Below are positions 36,602-46,600 of a DNA stretch of 64,000 nucleotides, in pieces. Location of the stretch: contig CM082590.2 in NCBI GenBank assembly GCA_040954595.2, positions 6,634,001 through 6,698,000 on the forward strand. The letters run 5' to 3'. Numbering within the stretch: position 1 is the stretch's first letter; the number at the start of each line of letters is the position of its first letter. The translations under genes and the position numbers were made by a program. Under the pieces are notes generated by a model. The model saw only the letters and a list, made by a program, of their open reading frames with translations. It was not told the origin of the DNA and ran no database searches. Source of the stretch: Balanoglossus misakiensis (taxonomy: Eukaryota; Animalia; Hemichordata).

Positions 36602-37064
36602 AAAAACCCCAACGAAACCAATAGGGCCCAAGCGCTGGTATGCGCTTGGGCCCTAAAAAACCCCAACGAAACCAATAGGGCCCAAGCGCTGGCTTGCGCT
36701 TGGGCCCTAAAAAACCCCAACGAAACCAATAGGGCCCAAGCGCTGGTATGCGCTTGGGCCCTAAAGAAAAACCCCAACGAAACCAATAGGGCCCAAGCGC
36801 TGGTATGCGCTTGGGCCCTAAAAAACCCCAACGAAACCAATAGGGCCCAAGCGCTGGTATGCGCTTGGGCCCTAAAGAAAGAAAGCAAGCAAGAAAGAAA
36901 AATTCCAACGAAACCAATAGGGCCCAAGCGCTTGCGTGCGCTTGGGCCCTAAATATTCCAACAATAACAATGGGGGCACAAGCCGCCTGAGGGCGCTTGT
37001 GCCCCCAAAAATTCCAACAATAACAATGGGGGCACAAGCCGCCTGAGGGCGCTTGTGCCCCCAA
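36602..37064 (+). repeat. Stack of eight Helentron right ends (6 type A, 2 type B hairpins)
   Basis: Six copies of CCAACGAAACCAATAGGGCCCAAGCGC-N6-GCGCTTGGGCCCTAA followed by two copies of TTCCAACAATAACAATGGGGGCACAAGCCGCCTGAGGGCGCTTGTGCCCCCAA. Confidence 0.95.
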
Positions 37065-37240
37065 ATATTGAAATGTGGCTAAATTTCTTCCTCGGATTGG
37101 CGTATTGTAGGTATTTCCAAATAAAAAATTCCCGACTACACAAAGCATCTGGCGGCCAAGCAATGGATAATGTAAAAATTAAAACCTTCAAAATAAATTA
37201 GCTTAAGTACCATTGTGCCACGGATTCGCAATTTTACATC

Positions 37241-37584
37241 TAAGGTAGACTGTGCCTCGAAAATCAAAGACTTACACTTTCTCTCATATTTTGCCAAGGG
37301 CAACTTTAGATCATTAAAAATTTGGGGTCACCGCGCAAAATATTGAATGCCAGAGGAAAATTGTCTCAAATTGTTCAATTCAAAGTGGCCGCCAATATCT
37401 GTGTTAAGTCGGCCATGGTGACAATTTAGAGTAGCGGTTCTCATGTAAAACAAGGCGATGAACACCCAGTATTCTTTTAAGATTTCAAAAAGACTTCCCA
37501 CATGCTTTATATAAAAAATAATTGGATGGTTTGAAGGATTATCATTATTCTGAAAATCTGACCCCGAGGCGCGTTCTACTATTA
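37241..37584. mobile_element. Degenerate MITE-like element
   Basis: Imperfect inverted ends TAAGGTAGACTGTGCCTCG and CGAGGCGCGTTCTACTATTA. No clean TSD. Confidence 0.4.
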
Positions 37585-40500
37585 TAAGCAAACATAACAG
37601 ATGTTGCCATGCTATATACTTGCAGTTATCGAATATTGAAATTTGCTGTACGTGAAGGCACTGCAACCTGTCATTTCCTTCCTTAAATCTGGCCGCTATA
37701 TGGGACCCTCTATAGTGTTAACATACCATATAAGCAGTATGAACAAACTCACCTGTGCAACACGCTTACCCCATGTGTATACAGTTGGGATCCCAGTCGC
37801 GTTTAAGACAACACTACAGCAATTCTGGACCTACACCAAGCACACACGTGACCAGTTTCGCTGATATCCAATCAAATGAAGATTTGTAGAGAGGCTAGTA
37901 AGCATGCGCAGGAGTACGGGGAAATTCCCATCTAATTTTAGAAATGGCCGAATGAGGGACGTATTTGCTAGATGGTTCCAGCAGGCTCAAGTAAACATCA
38001 TACAAGTTCACACTTTTCTGTTCAACGCTGACTTAAGACAACAGATATTACCAACATCAGTTATCACTGTGTTGATGAAATGCATTTCAACCCGTTGTTG
38101 TTCGTGTGTTTTGAAGTTAGTGTATGGCCGAGAATGAGCGTAGTTGAGTGGAGGTAAACAAATTACCTCGTGGTGATATCAATACGCTCAGAGATTTGGC
38201 TTTGGCTTTTTGCTGTTGAAGATATCAATGGATTGATGACGTCATGCGTTATTTTCGTCGAAAATATCTAAACATCAGGGTTTTACTGATATTTATGGCG
38301 ATCGTAAGGTATATGATATAAATTAAACGGCCTGGATAGGGGTTTGAGGACTTCGGTAGTTCGGCGTTCACCTTGGTCCGGAACCCGTATCAGGGCGCAT
38401 GGCAAATCGAACCAGGACTCGTAACGGGAACTGGCTCACGCCATCAACGTGATAGGTGCTTGATTTTGTCTTTTACTTAGGCTCGGTCATTTTTCGGCCC
38501 CAGTCCAATATAATTTCAGTTAGACAGTGATTTGCGTTTCTTGTTCAGTCCACGTTTTACAGCTGTGTGACTTCCATTGTTCTAAGACAATGTAGCAAGT
38601 GTTGCTTAGGGTTATCGATTTTTTTATCGCTCTGTACATTCTGGTGTAGCGTAGCTTGTACGTGCACTGTGCTACTATGGAACCGTTCATTGACAGTGAC
38701 GTTCGTTCGCGTTTCCCCGCATAGTAAAACAAACGGAATGAATTGAATAATCGGCGGAGGGCGGTGCAGTGACGGGTGGCGGAATTAAGGCCGACGATTG
38801 TTTTATGTGCATGTGCGTAATTTCGTGTGTACAAACATTACGTGCAATCCAAATGTTCTGCAAATATTTCTTTTCACGCATTCATATAGTGGACTAGCTG
38901 CCTTCGCTTCCTTCCATATTTCTTGCGCACCTTATAAGTAGACTTTAGTTTTAATTGTTCATTCTTTTCACCCAATTTGCTGTCTCTTCCCGATGTCCGA
39001 CACAGACTATTAGGCCTAATGTTCTGCAAATTTTTCGTTTAACGCATTCAAATAGTGGACTGCCTTCGCTTCCTTCTATATTTCATGCGCGATGTATAAC
39101 TCGTCACCTTTTCTCATAATACACAGTAATAGAAATACAATGTAGAAGGAAAGAAGGATCTTTTCCTTTCCTTGAATTGTACCACGATGTAAATTATCGA
39201 CCCTTCGATTTAGTGAAAAAAATGTTCTGTTTTGACTTTAGTATTTGGGTTAAATAAAGATTATTAATACTCCAAAATGTTTAATGCAGCGGTGGTGCTA
39301 GGTCAATGCCCTACACTACCCTTGCCGGTCTCAAGAAATGCGACTTTTTCTTGATTATCAGACAGGGACACCCTGTATAGAAGCAAAAACCGACGTATTT
39401 ACATAATGGGGGGGGGGAGTTGTCACGTGAGCAGTTTGCATGTATCCCGGCAACACCCGCGACAATCTGGGCAGATTAGGACTTGCCGTTGAAGTGTGAG
39501 CATATCGCTCCTGGCTGTGGTGATCTGAATTCGTGTTTCACCCTTGTCTTTCTTCTATTTTCTTTCAAATCTGTCTCCACGTTTGTGGGAACACTTTCTC
39601 TGTAACCTCTGAAAGGCAGAATGGTTGACTGTTTGTTTTTTTGAGGGTTTTCTTGGTCTTTGTGTGAGCGTAATGCTTGGGTCGCGCGGTCGGTCGGTCG
39701 CGAGGTCAGCGGTCGAACACTGCGTTTACAAGCACGTCTCTTTACGCTCACGCCATCAACTTGATAGGTGCTTGATTTTGGCAGTTTTCCGTCGCCGTTG
39801 AGTTGGCTTTCAGTTCCAAGCTTCGTCTTTTACTAGTGGCTAGGTCAATTTTCGGCCTCAGTCCGATATAATTTCAGTTAGACTGTGATTTGTGTTTCTT
39901 GTTCAGTCCGCGTTTTACAGCCTTGTGACTTCCATTGTTCTAAGACAATGTAGCAAGTGTGGCATACGGTTATCGATTTTTTTTATCGCTCTGTTCTGGT
40001 GTAGCGTAGCTTGTACGTGCACTGTGTTACTATGGAACCGTTCATTGACAGTGACGTTCGTTCGCGTTTCCCCGCATAGTAAAACAAACGGAAGGAATTG
40101 AAAAATCGGCGGAGGGCGGTGCAGTGACGGGTGGCGGAATTAAAGCCGACGATCGTCTTATGCGCATGTGCATAATTTCGGGTGTACAAACATTACGTCC
40201 AATCCAAATGTTCTGCAAATTTTGGGTTCCGCGCATTCAAATAGTTGACTGCCTTTGCTTCCTTCCATATTTCAGGCGCACTGTATAAAAAGACTTTAGT
40301 TTTGTTCATTCTTTTCACCCAATTTGCTGTCTCTTCCCGATCTCCGACACGGACTATTCGACCTACGTCCAATCCAAATGCTCTGCAAATTTTTCGCATT
40401 CAAATAGTGGATTGCCTTCGCTTCCTTTCATATTTCATGCGCACTGTATAACCTGTCACATTTTCTCAGTATACACAGTAATAGAAAAAGAAGGAAAGTA

Positions 40501-41408
40501 AGGGTCTTTCCCTTTCCATGCATTTTACGACGATGTAAACTATTGACCCCTCAATTTAGAGGAAAAAAATGTTCTGTTTTGACTTTACTATTTGGGTTAA
40601 ATAAAGATTATTAATACTCCAAAATGTTTAATGCTGTTGTATTGCTAGGTCAATGCCCTACACTATCCTTGCGGGTCTCAAGAAATACGACTTTTTCCTG
40701 ATTCTCAGACAGGAACACCCTGTGGAAGCAGAATCCGACGTATTTACATAATGAGGGGGAGTTGTCACGTGAGCAGGTTGCATGTATTCCGGCAACACCC
40801 GCGACATTCTGGGAAGATTAGGACTTGCCGTTGAAGTGTGAGCATATCGCTCCTGGTTGTGGTGATCTGAATTCGTGCTTTACCCTTGTCTTTCTTCTAT
40901 TTTCTTTCAAATCTTTCCCCACGTTTGTGGGAACAGTTTCTCTGTAACCTCTGAAAGGTAGAATGGTTGACTGTTTGTTCTTTTGAGGGTTTTCTTGGTC
41001 TTTGTGTGAGCGCAATGCTTGGGTCGCGCGGTCGGTCGCGAGGTCGCGAGGTCACCTGTCGAACGCACGTATCTTCCTTGCGCATAGTACATGTATATCA
41101 AACCGGGACTCGTAACAAACTGGCACACGCCATCAACGTGATTGGTGCTTGAATTTGGCAGTTTTCCGTCACTGTTGAGTCAGCTTTTCGTTCCCACTTC
41201 GTCATTTACTAGTGGCTCGATCAGTTTTCGGCCCCAGTCCGATATAATTTCAGTTAGACAGTGATTTGCGTTTCTTGTTCAGTCCACGTTTTACAGCTGT
41301 GTGACTACCATTGTTCTAAGACAATGTAGCAAGTGTGGCATACGGTTATCGATTTTTTTTATCGCTCTGTTCTAGTTTATTGTAGCTTGTACGTGCACTG
41401 TGTTACTA

Positions 41409-41866
41409 TAGACTGTCGACAGTCCCTCGCGCCTAATGTGTATCGATACGGCGTTTCGTGCGAGGGCCGAAGGCCCGATTCGGCGTTTCGTGGTGCGAGG
41501 GCCGTAAGGCCCGAGGGACTGTTATAGCTTGTAAGCATTGCCTTGATATTAATTATGCATGCAGAAAATGACGTAGTAAAATTTGCATATGGGGGCGTAA
41601 ATTAAAAGGCTAAACGAGCTTTACAGCTTCACTTCCTGTTGACGTATATTAACTGTCAATCATTTTACAGGGGCATTTTCCCACAGTGCCCGTGTGAGGG
41701 CGAAACAAGGTATAACAGTCCCTCGGGCCACGCCCTCGGGCCTTACGGCCATCGCACCACGAAACGCCGAATCGGGCCTTAGGCCCACAAAAGATACGGG
41801 CCTTACGGCCCTCGCACGAAACGCCGAATCGATACACATTAGGCGCGAGGGACTGTCGACAGTCTA
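41409..41866. mobile_element. hAT-like MITE, 458 bp
   Basis: Long TIR TAGACTGTCGACAGTCCCTCGCGCCTAATGTGTATCGAT at both ends. 8-bp TSD TGTTACTA (41401-41408 and 41867-41874). Empty site visible in the sister unit at ~40025. Confidence 0.9.
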
Positions 41867-41985
41867 TGTTACTATGGAACCGTTCATTGACAGTGACGTT
41901 CGTTCGCGTTTCCCCGCATAGTAAAACAAACGGAATGAATTGAATAATCGGCAGAGGGCGGTGCAGTGACGGGTGGCGGAATTAA

Positions 41986-43616
41986 AGCTGCACAGTTGAT
42001 GGCAAATACCATTTTGGGTATATTTGTGTTTTCTGAAATAAACATCGATATACAAACCTTTAACATGAAAATAATTGCCCTACCCATGGACTCGGGTCAA
42101 ATGTACTCATATAACGATATAAGCTTCATAGAAAAAGTCCGATGGTAAACAACATGTTTACATGAACCGCCGATACTACACGGAAACTGTGACGTCACAA
42201 TCACGAGACCAGGCGCGGTCGAGCGTGAATTGGAGACGTTCCTTCCGATGGGTTCTTGCCGATTGCCGCACGCCGGCGGGTATGAAAGTGTAGGCTAAGA
42301 CGTCGATCCACCGGCCGGCAGCACCGATCCCAACATGACCAGCTCCACGCCACTTTGAGCTGCAGCGCAGTCGGATATCCCACCACGGCTGCCGGACAGC
42401 ATATGAAGGTGTCTGAGGCCTTTTCTAGTCAAAGTGTACACGTTTAAAACTTTGGGGTTTTCGGAATGGAAATAGCGGAACAAGAACATGGATTTATACT
42501 AATCATGAACGCCAAACAAACGTTGAAAAAGCCAGATCTGAAAAAAAAAATCCGCTGGGCGCGACGACGCGCCGACGTTATTTTTCAAACAATGTAACCT
42601 GTCACGCTGAGTTCATATATTTTGCTGCCACAAACAAGTTCATGCGTAGGTCGAGAAAGTTCTCAAGCGGCCGGGTGATCGCTGCAAGGTTAGCGGCGGC
42701 CTCGCACGCCCGAATTTGCCACAAAACTATCAGTCCATACAGCGATGCGGTTCAAACTCTTCCGTTGTATTTCATTTCAACAACACAAATTCAGAATACA
42801 ACACGGCAGTTTGGTACGTCGTCTCTATATCCTACACCGCTAATTCTCATTTCAATCGTCTCTCTTCGCAATACGTCGATTCTCTAAAAGAAAGTTCAAC
42901 AGACGGGATACACTGCAACCCGCGGAACTAGCAATTCACGTCTCTGCTTCAGAGGAATATACCGACCAGAAGTGGGGGGAACCCAGTCCGTTCAAGCGTA
43001 AATGTCCCGGTCAGAAGGTAACTGCGAGCTTCGTAGAGCAGCATTCGACACGCTAAACAACTCTCGTCGTTTGCAACACGCCATTTTTTTCCAAGTCCAC
43101 GTTTTGTCGGACAAACGATTTCTGACGGTTCGACAGACGGTGGGTATAGACACGTCTGCTTGCGAAAATTCCGCCAATTTTTGTTGAATTTCTTCATATG
43201 AAATCGAAAGAGTTTGTCGTTTTAAATACTCGATATATTGCTCTTCATCATTAGGAAGTTTCCTTGGTTGTCAGTGCAAAACATCCTCATACAAGGTTCA
43301 GAGTAGACTACAGACAATCTCACAGTGGGATTACGAACGTTTGAAACGGTAACTTTGTTGCAAAATAAACAAAGTGCGGTATTCACTGTATTCATTGTAT
43401 GACGTAACGTTTACGTCGCAATATTTGTGTGTTTATAAAAATATATGGGTACGTACCCATAAAATTCATTTTTATTATTTTTTTACATTCTGAACCATGG
43501 CAACTGACCAAATCACTCGTGAGTTATTTTATTTCGGCAAGTAAAGTATTATACAAACAAAAGTTAAGAGTTTTATGCTACCAAAGTAAATTGTCATTAT
43601 CATCAACTGTGCAGCT
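41986..43616. mobile_element. Kolobok-like non-autonomous DNA transposon, 1631 bp
   Basis: TIR AGCTGCACAGTTGATG / CATCAACTGTGCAGCT with TTAA on both sides. Empty site GGAATTAAGGCCGACG in sister units. 5'-AG termini plus TTAA TSD fit Kolobok rather than piggyBac (5'-CC). Confidence 0.82.
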
Positions 43617-46600
43617 TTAAGGCCGACGATTGTTTTATGTGCATGTGCGTAATTTCGTGTGTGCAAACATTACGTCCAATCCAAATGTTCTGCAAATTTT
43701 GCATTTGACGCATTCAAATAGTGGACTGCCTTCACTTCCTACCACATTTCATGCGCACCGTATAAGTGGATTTTAGTTTTGTTCATTCTTTTCACCCAAT
43801 TTGCTGTCTCTTCCCGATCTCCGACACGGACTATTAGGCCTACGCCCAATCCAAATGCTCTGCAAATGTTTCGTTTGACGCATTCAAATAGTGGACTGCC
43901 TTCGCTTCCTTCTATATTTCATGCACACTGTATAACCTGTCACATTTTCTCAGTATACACAGTAATAGAAAAAGAAGGAAAATAAGGATCTTTCCTTTCC
44001 TTGAATTGTACCGCGATGTAAATGATCGACCCCTCAATTTAGAGAAAAAAAATGTTCTGTTTTGACTTTAGTATTTGGGTTAAATAAAGATTATTAATAC
44101 TCCAAAACGTTTAATGGTGCGGTGTTGCTAGGTCAATGCCCTACACTAGCCTTGCTGGTCTCAAGAAATGCGACTTTTTCCTGATTCTCAGACTGGGACA
44201 TCCTGTAGCAATAGAAACCGACGTATTTACATATTGAAGGGAATTGTCACGTGAGCAGGTTGCATGTATCCCGGCAACACCCGCGACATTCTGAGGAGAT
44301 TAGGACTTGCCGTTGAAGTGTGAGCATATCGCTCCTGGTTGTTGTGGTCTGAATTCGTGTTTCACCCCTGTCTTTCTTCTATTTTCTTTCAAATCTGTCT
44401 CCACGTTTGTGGGAACACTTTCTCTGTAACCTCTGAAAGGCAGAATGGTTGACTGTTTGTTCTTTTGAGGGTTTTCTTGGTCTTTGTGTGAGCGCAATGC
44501 TTGGGTCGCGCGGTCGGTCGCGAGGTCGCGAGGTCAGCCGTCGAACACTGCGTTTACAAGCACGTCTCTTTACGCACGTATCTTCCTTGCGCATGGCAAA
44601 TCGAACCAGGACTCGTAACGGGAACTGGCTCACGCCATCAACTTGATAGGTGCTTGATTTTGAGAGTTTTCCGTCACCGTTGAGTTGGCTTTCAGTTCCA
44701 AGCTTCGGACTGAGCGGGCAAAGTAGGCCTTCAGGTTTACTAAGGCTCGATCATTTTTCGGCCCCAGTCCGATATAATTTCAGTTAGACAGTGATTTGTG
44801 TTTCTTGTTCAGTCCACGTTTTACAGCTGTGTGACTTCCATTGTTCTAAGACAATGTAGCAAGTGTTGCTTACGGTTATCGATTTTTTATCGCTCTGTTC
44901 TGGTGTAGCGTAGCTTGTACGTGCACTGTGATACTATTGAACCGTTCATTGACAGTCACGTTCGTTCGCGTTTCCCCGCATAGTAAAACAAACGGAAGGA
45001 ATTGAAAAATCGGCGGAGGGCGCTGCAGTGACGGGTGGCGGAATTAAGGCCGACGATCGTCTTATGCGCATGTGCATAATTTCGGGTGTACAAACATTAC
45101 GTCCAATCCAAATGTTCTGCAAATTTTGGGTTCCGCGCATTCAAATAGTTGACTGCCTTTGCTTCCTTCCATATTTCAGGCGCACTGTATAAAAAGACTT
45201 TAGTTTTGTTCATTCTTTTCACCCAATTTGCTGTCTCTTCCCGATCTCCGACACGGACTATTCGACCTACGTCCAATCCAAATGCTCTGCAATTTTTTCG
45301 CATTCAAATAGTGGATTGCCTTCGCTTCCTTCCATATTTCATGCGCACTGTATAACCTGTCACATTTTCTCAGTATACACAGTAATAGAAAAAGAAGGAA
45401 AGTAAGGATCTTTTCCTTTCCTTGAATTGTACCGCGATGTAAATTATCGACCCCTCAATTTAGAGAAAAAAAATGGTCTGTTTTGACTTTAGTATTTGGG
45501 TTAAATAAAGATTATTAATACTCCAAAATGTTTAATGCTGCGGTGGGGATAGGTCAATGCCCTACACTAGCCTTGCTGGTCTCAAGAAATGCAACTTTTT
45601 CCTGATTCTCAGACAGGGACACCCTGTGGAAGCAGAATCCGACGTATTTACATAATGAGGGGGAGGAGTTGCCACGTGAGCAGGTTGCATGTATCCCGGC
45701 AACACCCGCGACATTCTTGGGAGATTAGGACTTGCCGTTGAAGTGTGAGCATATCGCTCCTGGTTGTTGTGGTCTGAATTCGTGTTTCACCCCTGTCTTT
45801 CTTCTATTTTCTTTCAAATCTGTCTCCACGTTTGTGGGAACACTTTCTCTGTAACCTCTGAAAGGCAGAATGGTTGACTGTTTGTTCTTTTGAGGGTTTT
45901 CTTGGTCTTTGTGTGAGCGCAATGCTTGGGTCGCGCGGTCGGTCGCGAGGTCGCGAGGTCAGCCGTCGAACACTGCGTTTACAAGCACGTCTCTTTACGC
46001 ACGTATCTTCCTTGCGCATGGCAAATCGAACCAGGACTCGTAACGGGAACTGGCTCACGCCATCAACTTGATAGGTGCTTGATTTTGAGAGTTTTCCGTC
46101 ACCGTTGAGTTGGCTTTCAGTTCCAAGCTTCGGACTGAGCGGGCAAAGTAGGCCTTCAGGTTTACTAAGGCTCGATCATTTTTCGGCCCCAGTCCGATAT
46201 AATTTCAGTTAGACAGTGATTTGTGTTTCTTGTTCAGTCCACGTTTTACAGCTGTGTGACTTCCATTGTTCTAAGACAATGTAGCAAGTGTTGCTTACGG
46301 TTATCGATTTTTTATCGCTCTGTTCTGGTGTAGCGTAGCTTGTACGTGCACTGTGATACTATTGAACCGTTCATTGACAGTCACGTTCGTTCGCGTTTCC
46401 CCGCATAGTAAAACAAACGGAAGGAATTGAAAAATCGGCGGAGGGCGCTGCAGTGACGGGTGGCGGAATTAAGGCCGACGATCGTCTTATGCGCATGTGC
46501 ATAATTTCGGGTGTACAAACATTACGTCCAATCCAAATGTTCTGCAAATTTTGGGTTCCGCGCATTCAAATAGTTGACTGCCTTTGCTTCCTTCCATATT

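Larger units (their letters stand above)
14020..36656 (+). mobile_element. Putative autonomous Helentron (endonuclease-containing Helitron), ~22.6 kb
   Basis: Left end TTAAAGCTGC-AA-GCAGC hairpin followed by subterminal GGGCCCAAGC. Right end is (GAAA)n followed by palindrome AGGGCCCAAGCGC-N6-GCGCTTGGGCCCT-AA. No TSD, inserted within an A-run. Encloses the intact RepHel-EN ORF. Confidence 0.85.
1..37064 (+). mobile_element. Nested cluster of Helentron/Helitron2-type elements (continues upstream of the window)
   Basis: Ten left ends TTAAAGCTGCAAGCAGC at 478, 1692, 3127, 4820, 6251, 7656, 9580, 11134, 12581 and 14020. Fourteen right-end palindromes in three clusters (4 at 4558-4804, 2 at 11026-11133, 8 at 36602-37064). 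RepHel-EN ORF in the innermost copy. Unique flank resumes at 37065. Confidence 0.9.

Noticed and set aside
36602-37064. CRISPR-like array of ~54-bp palindromic repeats
   Set aside because: No unique spacers, eukaryotic context, no cas genes. The repeats are stacked transposon right ends.
38698-38720. CGTTCGCGTTTCCCC resembling the U1 snRNA 3' stem in each 1.4-kb unit
   Set aside because: No ATACTTACCTG 5' end, no Sm site at the right spacing and no GGGGAC partner arm.
41982-41992. TTAAAGCTGCA identical to the start of the Helentron left end
   Set aside because: Continues CAGTTGATG, not AGCAGC, and has a perfect inverted partner at 43601-43620, so it is a TIR plus TTAA TSD.
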